A stretch of 64,000 nucleotides of DNA from NCBI RefSeq assembly GCF_009914755.1, contig NC_060944.1; one strand, written 5' to 3'. The stretch comes from the human T2T-CHM13v2.0 reference genome, Homo sapiens. The translations under genes and the position numbers were made by a program. Numbering within the stretch: the first letter of the stretch is position 1; the number at the start of each line of letters is the position of its first letter. This document shows, in pieces, positions 28,401 to 41,636 of the stretch. The notes beneath the pieces were generated by a model. The model had not been told where the DNA came from. It made no database searches and worked only from the letters and a program-made list of their open reading frames with translations.

Positions 28401-28817
28401 AAAGAACTTTAATAGACATTTATCTAAAGAAGATGTAAAAATGATCAATAAGCAGACGGAAAGATGTTCAATATCACTATTAGGGAAATACAAATCAAAA
28501 CTCTAATGAGCTACCACCTCACATCTATTAGGGTGGCTATTATCAAAAGAAAACAGAAAATAAGATGAATTGGTGAAGACGTGAAGCAATTGAAACCCTT
28601 GTACACTGTTGATAGGAATATAAAATGGTGCAGACACTGTGGAAAACAATATGGCGGTTCCTCAAAAAATTGAGCATAGAATTACCACATGATGCAGCAA
28701 TTTTACTTCAGGTCATGTAGTCAAAAGAAAGCAGAGCCTCAAAAAGATATGTGTACACCCATTCACAATAGCTAAAACATGGAAGAAATCCAAGTGTCCA
28801 TCAATGGATGAAAGAAT

Positions 28818-28885
28818 AAGTGAAATTTGGTGCACACAGAAAATGAAATTTGGTGCATACAGAAAGTGAAATTTGGTGCATACAG
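28818..28885 (+). repeat. 23-bp tandem repeat, 3 copies
   Basis: aa(g/a)tgaaatttggtgca(c/t)acaga repeated three times. Confidence 0.9.
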
Positions 28886-29232
28886 AGAATCTATATGGAA
28901 TCTCACCTCTGAAAAGGAAAGAAATTCTGACACACACTACAACATACACAAACCTTGAGGAGCTTATACTAAATGAAATAAGCCAACCCCAAAAAGACAA
29001 ATATCATAGGACTCCCTTATATGAGGCACTTATAGTAGTCCAAATCATAGAGACAGTAAGTTGGAATGGTGTTGCCAGGGGCTGGGGGGAGGGTAGAATG
29101 AGGAGTTAGTGTTTAATGGGCATAGAGCTTCCGTTTTGCAAAATAAAGAGTTCTGGAGATGGATGGTGGTGGTGGTTGCACAATGATATGAATGTACCTA
29201 ATACCACTGAACTCTACACTTAAAAATGGTTA

Positions 29233-29541
<309 letters not shown>

Positions 29542-29629
29542 TTAAAATGGAAATCTTATGTTTCTTATGTTATGTGTGTTTTATCACAATAAAAAAACTG
29601 GAAAAATATCTTTGATAAAAACGTTTGTT

Positions 29630-31600
29630 AAGTCTTAGCACATTAGGAGTACAAAGACATTTGCCCAACCTAACAAGTTGAGCAAAAAGACTCGAGCAAA
29701 CCTCATACACAATGCACAAAGTTGAAAAGCAGACCCCTTTAAAATCAGAACATAACAAGGACATCTGTGTTCACAACTTCTATTCAACATCCACTGGAGG
29801 TGCTTAGCCAGCAAAAGAAGACAAGTAAAATTCTTTTTTAAGCATGTAAGAATTGGAAAGGAGGAAACAAATGTGCCAATTACAATTGATTTGGCTGTCT
29901 ACATAGAAAACCCAAGGAAAAAGAAGTGACAGGCAAATTATTAGAATTCAAATTTAGCAAGAGCCCTAGATAATGAAATCATATTCAAAACTCAACTGTA
30001 TTTCTATAGACCAGAAAAACATAGAAAATTTGAAAAATAACAGTTACAGTGGTTTACTTTTTAATTAAATCAATTTTAAAAGTGCATAAAAATAAGTCTA
30101 ACAAAAGATACATGAGACTTTATGGGGGGGAAATGCATAAGATTGATTGAGAGACATTTTAAAAGATCTAAATATTTTAAAATACATTTTATTGTGTATA
30201 TTCGAGATTTACAATATGATGTTTTAGGATATGTATGGATAGGAAAATGGTTAAATGAAAAGCTATGGATAGGAGGACTTGATATCACAATGTTAGTCCT
30301 TCACAACCATCAGTGGATTTAATGTAATCCCATCAAAATCTTCATAAGATTTTTTTTTGGAAATTGACACGTTGGTTCTAAAATGCACGTGGAGAGTCAA
30401 AGGCCTTAGCAAAGCCCACACCTACCTGAGGAGGGAAAGTCCAGGGGAAGACTTGCCCTACTTGAGACTTGCCCTACAACTCAATATAAAACCAAATAAT
30501 TCACACTGAGATAAAGAGTGGGCAAGAACAGAACAGAATGCAGAGTCCAGAAAGAGACCCCGAGTGCACGCAACCTAGTGTAAGGCAAAGGCAGAGCTTC
30601 AGACCAGTGGAGAGGGACATGCATGAGTGCCGTGGAAGAGAGTGAAAATGGGTCGCCAGCTCTGCCATACACACAACCGATTCCGGCTGGATGGAGACTA
30701 AATGCACATGTAGCACCATGAAGACTTTAGGAGCTAACACAAGAAAATATCGTCAGGACTCTATAGAAGAAAACGGTTCATTCAACAAGACATGAGATTC
30801 GATACTGGTACATTTGCTTTTGTTATTTAAAAATGTTCAACAGATGCCAGTCTACAGAGATTGGAAAGATAAGTCAAACACTAGGAGAATATTTGCAAGG
30901 TATGTTTCTTAAAAGAGATTTTGAAGCCACAATATATGCAGATCTCTTTAAAAATATAAAAATTACAAACAATCTAATGGGAAAACACATAGATTTGCAT
31001 TTCACTGAAGACAAACCCCAAATGGTCAGTAAACAGATGAAAAGGTGCTTAACTTCATTTCTAATCAGAGAATTCAAAATATAACCGTAAAGAATTACAA
31101 CTTCACAGCAACCAGACTGGGGAAGAAATGAAAACTTTAAATCTGAAAATTTAAGACTGGGCCAGAATGTGGAGCTAGGGGAACTCTTGCTCATAGGAAA
31201 AGTAACTGGTACACCCAACAAGAAAACCATTTGCCCTCAGCTAGAAAGGCTGCAAGAGACCATTTCCTGCAACTGGAAATTCTGTTTCCCAACAATGCCC
31301 TAGAGAACCTTCTAAAAAGTGCATTGCTTATGGCCACATATACATGCAATAATAATACTAAAACATGGATAGAAAAGCTGAATATCCGCTTCCGAATAGT
31401 TGGAGGGAGGGGACTGTAGTTAAGGATGTGCAGAAATGGCTTTCAACTGTGCCAATAATGTTTGTTTCTTTAAAAAATAAGTTAATCTGAAGCAAAGAGG
31501 ATAAATCATGAACACTGGTTGAATCTGAGTGACAGGTGTACAGTGATAGGACCGTGACGCTTTTCTGTAAGTTTGAAATATTTCATAATTTTAAAGTCAG
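29630..31600 (+). mobile_element. Ancient L1M (L1ME-like) ORF2/3' UTR, right part of the host element
   Basis: Resumes at tcttagcacattagg, where the left part stopped; cttctattcaacat..ctggagg; ends tttgaaatatttcataat. Confidence 0.65.
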
Positions 31601-33156
31601 TATCAGTTTTAAAGAGCAAGAACCTCGGTTAGCTTTGTAGTCCTGGTGGAGTGGCTGGTCTCTCTTCTATGGAGCCAGAATCTGCCCTGAAATTTATGAA
31701 CAAGGAGGAAAAATATCCCAAAAAGAAGGTGCTGGGTTAGGACCTAGGCAAAGGGGGAGTGTGGAACTTTACAGTGGTTTAGCAGGAGGGAGGCCACTAC
31801 AGCGTTCGGGAGTCTAAGGGTGCGCTTGTGAAATCTGCCCGCAGTGTTAAGGGGAGTCAGGTGCACTCTTAATCCGATTACACATGATCAGCCTCTGCGG
31901 GGAGGTGGAGATGGAGGCCCTCGCCAGCCACACCCTCTGAGCTGCCTGCCTTTCCCCAGGATCCCGAGATGACTGGCACCCACCATTCTCTTCCCAGCAT
32001 CCCTGGAGCTTCCAGGCAGCCGGTACTCGGGATGGGGTGAGAAGCAAGGCACCGGGAAGGGCCCGCATACAGCCGCAGCAGCAGCAACAACCGCGCAGCC
32101 TTCGGGGAATGCCTCCTGGGGGTCAGAAGCCTGAGGGCTCCTGTCCTTGGTGATCCAGCTTCCTTCCAAAGGGCCCCGAGGTTCTCGAGACTCAAGGACC
32201 CGGACGGGAGCCCCTCCCAGCCTTTGCGATTGTGGCGGCCACAGCTTCCCCTGTGGAGGTGGTCCTCACAGGGGTAGATGGGCCTGAGACGTGCACAGAA
32301 TCCGCTCCCAGGAGGGCAAAGGCCAGCGGGACCCCAGATGCCGCCCTTCTGTTGTCCTCTCACAACAGGAACATCGTGGCTCGAAATCTGGCCCTGGGTG
32401 TAAACCACTCCAGCAGGCTCGGGGTGTAGACTGATCTCAGCCGCCCACCCTTGCTGCACGGACACCCCCAGCCCCGCAGATGCCCTGCAACAGACGGAAA
32501 CGTCCTAACAATTCCAAATGTCTCACGTCTCTGGGAGTGCCCACAACGAACATCCATTCCCTGCATGCCTTTGGCCAACCCTAATGGCTACAGGTGCCCG
32601 GTCCAGCTATGTCAATGAGGACACACTGGGGTCACCTCCTCTCCTTGAAGAAATACCTTTCTTTCCAACAGCCAGGGCCCCCTGTCTCCGGCCACAGGGG
32701 CTGTCTTCTGCCCTTTTGGACAGGTGCAGCTTCTCTTTTCTACCCTCACTAGGCTCTCACCCGCCGGCAGGCTGTGCTGAGAGGTTCATTGAGCCAACAG
32801 GGGCTAATCTCCCGGATGCCTCCCACTCCCTGGGGCCTGAGCAGCATCTGTGTGAGGAGACGGGCTGGCTGGTGGAGAGCAAGGGACCGCAAGGGAGGGG
32901 GTGAGCAGGGTCTTGAGCGTGGGCTTGAGCGAGCTGCAGGCTTGGCAGGGGTTTAGAGGCGAGGGCAGTGGCCCCAACCTGTGCCAAACTCTGGCCCATT
33001 CATGGGAGGTCTCACGAGGTCTGGGTAGGTGGTAGGGCTCTCTCGGGGTCCTGACTCAGTTAGGACTTGGCCCATTTGGGGAGCAAAACACCTCAAGCAG
33101 TCATTTGGTCACAATACCAAATTTTATGACCGAGTGGCATGAGAAGCAGAGTCCCC

Positions 33157-33286
33157 CAGACTCGGGCATCCCGGCGTGGGGTCCTCGCCTGGGGCCACCT
33201 GATGAGTGCTCGGGATGAGGTCAGACTCGGGCATCCCAGGGTGGGGTCCTCGCCTGGGGCCACCTGATGAGTGCTTGGCGTGAGGT
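33157..33286 (+). repeat. 65-bp tandem duplication
   Basis: cagactcgggcatccc...gatgagtgct...gaggt begins at 33157 and again at 33222. Confidence 0.95.
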
Positions 33287-33924
33287 CCAGATTGGAGGAC
33301 CCTGGCCAAGGCCCTGCCCCCATGTGGGGGGATGGACATCCAAGGTGGGGCTGGAAATGGGGGAGTGACATGTAGGAGGGAGAGGAGGTGGAGGTGGGCG
33401 AGAAATGGGGGAGGACCCAGCAAGGCACAGGAACTGGATGGCATCTTATAGCATGGAAGATCACGGCATTTCCTCCACTGTGTGGCAGCTCCCCTACATC
33501 CAAAGACCTCGTATGGGTTCCACTGCTGGCGAAAGCCAAGTAAACTCTCAGACCAACCTTCCAGTAGATAAAAACTCTAGGCAGAACACAAAGTCAACCA
33601 CCTGCAGGTCTGAGGAGCCCCCGGGACAGGCAGATGCCAGTCAGGCACTGACGTGTAGAGGAAAGGGGACCTGAGGGAGTTTCTGATGCCCACATTCCGC
33701 CCTGTGGTGTCCCCCACCAGCACCTGAAGCAGCTGGAAGTCTAGGAGCAAATGCGCAGAAAAGGAGAGGACAACATGGGGCTGCCACAGCCTTTCCGAGA
33801 GCAGGCAGGTGGAGCCCCAAGTCCCGCACAGCCTGCCTGACCCCGCTGAGCTTGAATCCCAAGCATCTGACTGGGCTCCCACGAACCCCCTGTGGATTTT
33901 GCACAAGCCCCTGAACTCTCCCAG

Positions 33925-34068
33925 CGGCAGCACACCCAGAGCTGTCAAGAATGCAGACTCCCAGGCCCTGCCCTAGCTAAACTGAATCAGAGTCTCTGTG
34001 TGGGGCCCAGGACTTTTTTTAAACAAGATCCGCACCTGACTCACATGCATGCCAAAGTTTGAGAAGCA
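33925..34068. mobile_element. MER5A-like hAT-Charlie MITE
   Basis: aatgcagactcccaggccctgccc...actgaatcagagtctctg...ggggcccagg...aaagtttgagaagca. Confidence 0.7.
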
Positions 34069-34794
34069 AGCCAAAGGTTCTCTCTATCTCTGAAGTAATA
34101 GGTTTGGGGTCTTCAGTCTTCAGTTAGGGGATGGGAGTGTGAGGCTGCAGGGCCAGTGACCTGGGCCACATTGGAGCTCTGCAATCTGGGTACAATGCTG
34201 GGCTTACTCACCAAACCCAAATTCAGCTGCAGTTTGCTTGGAAGGCAGAATTAGGACCCCTCACTGCAGTGAGAATGAATCGAGGTCACGCATGGAAGCA
34301 GCTTGCTCATAGCGAATGCTCTTGGTGCTTCATAACTGCTAGCTGTGGTCGTGGCAGTAAGGGCCAAGGTGTGCTCATGGCTGCAGAGCAAAGGGCAGGG
34401 AGACTATCTCCCTCTTCTCAGGTTCCGCAGGATCCTACGGATGCGGTAAAGTTACTGGAAGACCACTCCAAGCTCAGGGTGTACTGGACACTCCCCCTGC
34501 AGGGCTCCCTGTAATGGGAGTTGTTACATGGATGATTTCCACCCCCGTGAAGCAAACTGCAGGACGAAAAAATGCTGAGAATGGTCCATTTTTCCCACCC
34601 TCTGTTCCTTACTAAATGCAGAGTCCAGTGGTGTCCAGATACATGGGGCCCTGTTCCTGTCCTCTTCCCACATCCCAAATCCACCCAGGCTCTAGAGCTG
34701 CCTCAGGGATGGGGCAGTGAGCATGGGGTGCAGATCAGCCTTCAGTGGACATGACCAAGAAGAGGCAACTCAGCCCAGCCCACATCAACAGCTG

Positions 34795-35060
34795 AAGAAA
34801 GTGTGGCACAGTAGAGACAGGCCCCGGCTCTAGACCCAGACGTCTGGGATTCAGATCCTGCCTTGCAGCTTCTCACTGCTGACCTTGGGCAGTTATGTGA
34901 CCATTTTGTGCCGTGGTGTCCTCAGTCATGAAATTGAGAGAATGACAGTTTATCATTACATTATGCCTCATAGGATAGAAGTGGCGTGAGGATTGATAGG
35001 AGCTTAGGAAGCTCAGGAGGGGGCCTGCACATATTAATGCTCAATAGATGCTGCTTGTCA
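34795..35060 (+). mobile_element. MIR SINE
   Basis: MIR core: ctgggattcagatcctgcc...gaccttgggcagttatgtgacc...tcctcagtcatgaaattg. Confidence 0.65.
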
Positions 35061-35134
35061 TGACCCCATTTGGGATCCATAAAAACACAAAATCCAAGCA
35101 AGTATGTTCTCACAGCTGAGAGGGGAGGGACTTG

Positions 35135-35966
35135 TGTGGAAGTCGATCATACAAATCAGGTCATTTTTGTCATACCCAACTAAAACAGAGTTGAGAGGCC
35201 AGGGGAGAAAACCACTCAAGGCACAAGACATTGCTCAAAAATGTAATTCTCTGCAAGCCTGGCTGCTGAGACTGCCTGCTATTGCCTGAAACCAGTTTTA
35301 TCTGTGGCTACTGAAACAAGCTGCTACAACTCTAAGACTAATTTTACCCACCAAGGTCACTCACCAGTCAGAGCCTGCCAGCTCCCATAACCTTAAAAGT
35401 GACAATGAGCATCCTGGACAAACAATACATCCTTTCTTTGTGTAAAACTGCAACCTCCTCTTTGTCCTTTGGATATAGTGAAGACCACTCAATCTGTGAG
35501 AACACCCCTGAATACTATGTTCTCAATTGCTATAAAGAACTACTAGACTGGGTAATTTATAAAGAAAAGAGGTTGAATTCGCTCACGGTTCCACAACCTG
35601 TACAGGAAGTATGGCTGGGGAGGCCTCACGAAACGTACAATCATGGCAGAAGGCAAAGGGGAAGCAGGCATGTCCTACATGGCTGGAGCAGGAAGAAGAG
35701 AGAGCAGGAGGAGGTGCTATGAACTTTTAACAACTAGATCTCATGATAACTCACTCACTATCACAAGAACGGCAAGGGGAAGTCCACCGCATGATCCAGT
35801 CACCACCCACCAGGCCCCTCCTCCAACACTGGGGATCCCAATTTGACATGAGATTTGGACGGGGACACAAATCCAAACTACATCAGCCTCAAACTACTAT
35901 TATTGCATCCCAAATAAAACAGTAAATTTAGAGATTTCTCTCCACATTTTTTATTTGACTTCAACA
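35135..35966 (+). mobile_element. ERV1-class solo LTR (family uncertain), interrupted by an MST LTR
   Basis: TG start; gtcatacccaactaaaacagag; resumes after 35885 with AATAAA and ends tttgacttcaaCA. Confidence 0.65.
35516..35885 (-). mobile_element. MSTA/MSTB MaLR LTR
   Basis: gctataaagaactactagactgggtaatttataaagaaaagagg ... gggacacaaatccaaactacatca. Confidence 0.9.
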
Positions 35967-37024
35967 CTTGGAACCATTGTTCTTCACTCAATACTACTGA
36001 GCCTTTTGCTGGGAGGGCACGAAGACCTGGGCCAGCCCTCAAGAGCCACCAATGGTACCCTGTCTGTCATGCCACCTGCGTCCTATGGGAAGGGAGACTG
36101 CAGGACTGAGTCAAGGACCACGCAGCCCTAGGGAGGGCTACTTCCAAGGAGTCTCATCAGCGGGGTGGGAAGAGAGTGCTGGTCCCCTCATTTAAGAGAG
36201 ACATTGACTAACTGGCCAGGAATGCCTTCCCAAAACCAGGATGAGGGTGCTGCAATCAAATTTGTTTCCGATTCAGGGAAAGCAGGGCCCTCCAACCATG
36301 AAATGGGCTGGCCACCAAATGCAGTCACGCAAACACTGGAAATTTTATGGAAGAGCCATCCCGGGATCCCCTTACACACAGCTTACACATGGAGATTGTG
36401 GGATTCCAGTCACAAACTTGTGACTCATGTGGGAGGCTTGTATGTTCCCTGCATATGTCCTGTGGCCATGGGAAGCTAGACCCATCTCTACAAGTGCTCT
36501 GAGGTCAATAGCATCCACGCAGCCCCTTTCGCAGCTCTAACCTGCTGTGGTGCAGACTGCGTGTGTGTATCGTGTTTTTGCATGTCAGCATTAAGACATG
36601 CACAGCTGCCACTTGATGTGTGACCCTTGTCTGGAGGCAGATTCAATCAAAACAGTTGTGAGAAGTTCCCATCTTCCTGGTGGGGGGAATGAGACAGTGT
36701 TAGGAATGGGCCATGACAGAGCAGGGAGGTTATGTTCTTGTAGAAAGTCCTCACCAGGCAGGGATGTGTAATAAAGTATCTTCTAGTGAAATGACATGAT
36801 GTGTGGGATTTGCTTCAAAACATTCCAACAAGAAAAAATGGGTAGTTTCTGTCTTGGGGCTGGGAGGCATAGATAACAGAGGCCTGGCAACACCTGCCAA
36901 GGGCAGAAGCCATGATGTGAACACGGGGACTCATTATACTGTTCTTCTACTACTGTATATGCTGGACATTTTATAATAAAGAGTTAAATCATTTTGATCA
37001 CTGTTTTTAAGGCTTGTCTGTGTG

Positions 37025-38283
37025 TAAAAACACACACAAACACATACACACATAGTTTTTCCTCTGCGTTCTGTATGGCAGAACCACCTGACAGCAACAA
37101 CTCAAGCTCATCCTAAGAATGACCCTAGGGTCTAAGAAGGATGTGGGCTGGGTCCCGAGCTAGGGAATCAGGAGTGGCCAACCTGGAGGCTCACACCTTA
37201 TCTGCAAAGGACTTTTGCAGATAAGACCCCTGACTCATTCCTTGGAAATCAGAACATGCAAGGAAGCAAGGCCCTTTGTTTTGGGTTAAATGGAGGTTGC
37301 CAGGTGGAGGGTGCTAAGTGAAAATGCTAGAGAACTGCATGCTTTTTGTGAACGGCAGCAGTTTTCCTGTCCAGCCAACCACTCCTGGATTGCCCGTTAT
37401 GTAAGTCCTTGATAAACCCTACATCTCGTTCCACAGCTATGGGTCTCTTCTTCAGCCTCTCAGTCACATTGGTGTCAACAGGATCCAGCAGGACATTTTT
37501 ACACGGCAATAAACACAAAATGCTTCCATGACCAAATATGGGGGAGCCTCCCCACACACTAAGCAAGCGATTCTGCAGCAGACACCAGCGGGGTGTCCTC
37601 TAATTCGATTCATTTCCAACCCTGTCTACCTGGAGACAGAGCCAAATCACACAGCTCAGTTCCCAAGGGTGCTCCCCCACCCCATCTTGTGAGGCCAGTG
37701 TGAGCCCCAGGTTATGACCTGTGCTTCTGATGGACTGGCTATAAATCAGGGGTTCCCATGACCCCTTGCTTGGGTTCAGCTAATTTGCTAGAGTGGCTCA
37801 CAGAACTCAGAGAAACACATTTACTGGTTTATTATAAAGGATATTACAAAGGATATAGATGAAGAGATGTGTAAGGCTAGGTATGAAGAAGGGACACGGA
37901 GCTTCCACACCTTCCTGGGCACCACCCTCCAGGAACCTCCATGCATTCTGCTATCTGGAAGCTCCAGGAACCCAGTCCTTCTGGGGTTTGTGGAGGCTTC
38001 ACTGTGTAGGCATAATCGACTAAACCACTGGCCATTGGTGATCAACTCGACCCCCAGCCTCTCTCCCCTCCCCAGAGGTCAGGGGTTTAGGCTGAAAACC
38101 TTAACCCTCAAACCTGCCTTGGTGTTTAAGATGACCAGCCCCACCCTGAAACTACCCAGGGCACCCAGCCACCAGCTATCGCATTAGGATATAAAAGACA
38201 TTCTTTGTGCTAGAGATTCCGCAGGTTTTAGGAGTTGTGTGTTAGGAAATGGGTCAAAGACCAAATACAGATCTCAGGTATCA
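37025..38283 (-). mobile_element. MER21-like LTR, interrupted by an LTR47-like LTR
   Basis: ggctataaatcaggggttccc...taatttgctagagtggctcacagaactcagagaaacacatttactggtttattataaagg. Confidence 0.8.
37072..37495 (+). mobile_element. LTR47-like ERVL solo LTR
   Basis: TG...CA ends; gaatgaccctagggtctaagaag; ggccctttgttttgggttaaatggaggttgc. Confidence 0.7.
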
Positions 38284-38711
38284 GAGTGAGTAACCATCTC
38301 CAGCAGCCCAGCCAGGCTCGGGAGTGTGGATGTGCACTGGCCTCCTCCACCTGCACCCAGGGACCTCACAATGCGGCTGGAATTGGCATGGGTGGAAGTA
38401 CCTATGCCTGAAAACCAATAAGGGCCTCTCTCTCACTTTCTTTTTCTTCATATAACCAGTAGAGAAAGAAAAACAAACAAACAAACAACCCTTATTATCT
38501 GAGGAATGCAAAGCTCCTTTAAATTATCAGGCTCAGAACAGCTTTGGAATGAAACAGCAGTCAGTGCTGCATTCGCCCCTGAAGCTAAATCATCACCTCC
38601 TGAAGGCAGCTGCCACATGGGCTCTGGACTGATGTCATGCAACCATCAAACACCAAGGGCTGATGCCATCACTCACACCCTGCAGCTTGACAGCAGGAGC
38701 CACTCTGTAAC

Positions 38712-39762
38712 CGATGTAGGATTTTTCTTCTCAGTCACTTTGCAAGCCAGGGACCCCCAGCCAGTGATGCCCCACTCGGGCCTCACTCAGCCATGCTGGC
38801 ATGCCCCAGCTCACCTGTGTTATAGCTTGTACCTACATTCAGTGGTTCCCAAGCTCTTGTACCATACCCAGAGAGAAAGAGGATACACTGGACATTGAAG
38901 GGTGAGGAAGGCAGAGAAGATTTTTATCGAGCAATGAAAACAGCTTTCAGCAGAGAGGGGACCTGGGGCCTCTTATGGACTCAGAATGGGGAGTGCATGC
39001 TGATTGTGAGCATGCAAAAAAGGTTAAAGGGAGGACACCACTCAAAGGTGGCCACAACAGTGTAGAAAACCAATTAGGAAAGGGTAGATATTTGTAAAAT
39101 AGGTGAAGGCTGGGGACCAATCAGAGGAAATCACACCAAACAGGAAGACAAGTTCTCAATCTGATCCAGTGATTTAACTTGTAGCTTGGCTTTCAGGGTT
39201 TGGATTGGAGGTGGGGCTTCACCGGGACCTGCCTCTATCTGCCTGGGCATTTGGCTGCCTCCTGCCTCTATCATTTCACCCCTCTGAAGAGGTACATCTA
39301 ACTGCCATAAGAATAGGGACGATGACTGATCTTAACTGCTTCCTGCCAACAAGGGGCACTGTTTTGGGAAGACAACAGTGAGATTCTTATTGCACAGATG
39401 CAATAACCATATTGCCATAACTTAAGAATACTCACAAATAGTTTCCAAATTCTAGAGAAACCAGGCAGAGCAAAATAAATATGCACCAAATTTTGTTCAC
39501 AGGGGAATATCTTACTTGATTCAAAGGTAGGCATGACAGTGTAGAAAAACAATTAGGAAAGGGTAGGTATATATAAAATAGGTGAAGGCTGGGGACCAAT
39601 CAGAGGAAATCACACCAAAACAGGAGGACACATTCTCAATCCGGTCTGAGGATTTAACTGTAGCTTGGCTGTCAGGCTTTAAACTGCCTTCAGCTTGGAG
39701 GTGGGGTTTCACCAGGACCCATCCCATCTACCTGGGCATTTGGCTGCCTCCCGTTGCTATCA
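38712..39762 (-). mobile_element. Collapsed ERV1 provirus (LTR27-like): full 3' LTR 38712-39273, internal remnant 39274-39520, partial 5' LTR 39521-39762
   Basis: Direct repeat between 39042-39273 and 39521-39762; both start TGATAG on the minus strand; polypurine-tract-like sequence beside 39273; flanks taac/taat. Confidence 0.8.
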
Positions 39763-40732
39763 TAATCAAAGCTCTTCCTGTGAAACACAGAGCACTCCTG
39801 TCAAACACTTTTATATCTGCACACTCATTTTCCCCTGTTTACCTTAAGAACCTGCTTATAACAAAAGCTGAACAGGAGCACTTCCCAAGGCAACTTGGAA
39901 ATGTGTCCCAGGCAACTGGCCTCACTTTGGCTCAAGTAAACTCTTTAAATTACATTTTATGTCTCAGCCTCTTCCTTTTAGGTCAACACAGTTGATTACT
40001 ATTTCCCAAAACCCCTCTGAACAGAGCCTTCTAACTCCTGCTCTGGCTGATGCATGCACCTCTAGACACACAGATTGGATCCTGTCCTCCAACTCCCAGT
40101 GGCTTCTCACAGGCAGCTGGCCTCACTGCAGTGGATATGCATGCTCCCCCTGGGGAAATCCCCTGGGATTTCCACCTCCAAGCATCTCTCCCACACCGCC
40201 CCTCACCTGGAGGGCCCTCTACACCCCTGCAGGCCCATGCTGCCGACCTTCAGGCCCAGGCTAAAGGGCACTTCCATGGAGCTTGTTACCTGCTGCGGGA
40301 CACAAGTTCTCTCATGCCCCACTAACCTCTGCTTCCAACTGCCCATAGCACACATTACCTGTGCATTCCAGGAGGCCTGGGCTCCTACCAGTGGGATGGA
40401 GCAGGGACCCCTCACATGGGCCTGCTGGACCACCCCACACAAGGAAATAAAGGAAAATCTTGAGTTATTTCGAGGGTCTAATGAGGCTGGACCTGCAGTC
40501 AGACAGCTTGGAGTTGGTGGGGGTCGGGGGGTTCCGCTTTCCTCCCCTGATGCTGGGCGCCTCTGTGACTGTCCCAGCAGCTAGGCTGGCCACACATGTG
40601 GGTCACAGCTGAGACAGCCTACAGGCAAACTCACAGAAGACACCTCTATCTTCCTGTGGAATTCTCTCAGGGACACTCTCCCACCTAGAGGGCTGATTGA
40701 TTTGTGAGTATGCTTAAAAAGGTCTAACTGCA

Positions 40733-41636
40733 AGGAGGAGCCAAGATGGCCAAATACGAACAGCTCCAGTCTACAGCTCCCAGCGTGAGCGATGCAGAAG
40801 ATGGTGATTTCTGCATTTCCATCTGAGGTACCAGGTTCATCTCACTAGGGAGTGCCAGACAGTGGGCGCAGGTCAGTGGGTGTGTGCACCGTGCACGAGC
40901 CGAAGCAGGGCGAGGCATTGCCTCACTCGGGAAGTGCAAGGGGTCAGGGAGTTCCCTTTCTGAGTCTAAGAAAGTGGTGACAGACGGCACCTGGAAAATC
41001 AGGTCACTCCCACCCGAATACTGCGCTTTTCTGACGGGCTTGAAAAACGGTGCACCAGGAGATTATATCCCGCACCTGGCTTGGAGGGTCCTACGCCCAC
41101 GGAGTCTCACTGATTGCTAGCACAGCAGTCTGAGATCAAACTGCAAGGCAGCAGCGAGGCTGGGGGAGGGGCGCCCGCCATTGCCCAGGCTTGCTTAGGT
41201 AAACAAAGCAACCAGGAAGCTCAAACTGGGTGGAGCCCACCACAGCTCAAGGAGGCCTGCCTGCCTCTGTAGGCTCCACCTCTGGGGGCAGGGCACAGAC
41301 AAACAAAAAGACAGCAGTAACCTCTGCAGTCTTAAATTTCGCTGTCTGACAGCTTTGAAGAGAGCAGTGGTTGTCCCAGCACGCAGCTGGAGATATGAGA
41401 ATGGGCAGACTGCCTCCTCAAGTGTGTCCCTGACCCCTGACCCCCAAGCAGCCTAACTGGGAGGCAACCCCCAGCAGGGGCACACTGACACCTCACATGG
41501 CAGGGTATTCCAACAGACCTGCAGCTGAGGGTCCTGTCTGTTAGAAGGAAAACTAACAAACAGAAAGGACATCCACACCAAAAACCCATCTCTACATCAC
41601 CATCATCAAAGACCAAAAGTAGATAAAACCACAAAG
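40733..41636 (+). promoter_or_regulatory. L1 5' UTR internal promoter (YY1 site AAGATGGCC at 40743-40751), including the antisense-promoter region
   Basis: Canonical L1PA 5' UTR; many CpGs decayed to TG/CA. Confidence 0.85.

Noticed and set aside
31878-32465. 195-aa minus-strand ORF as a gene
   Set aside because: Non-ATG start and no recognisable homology; kept only as part of a regulatory candidate.
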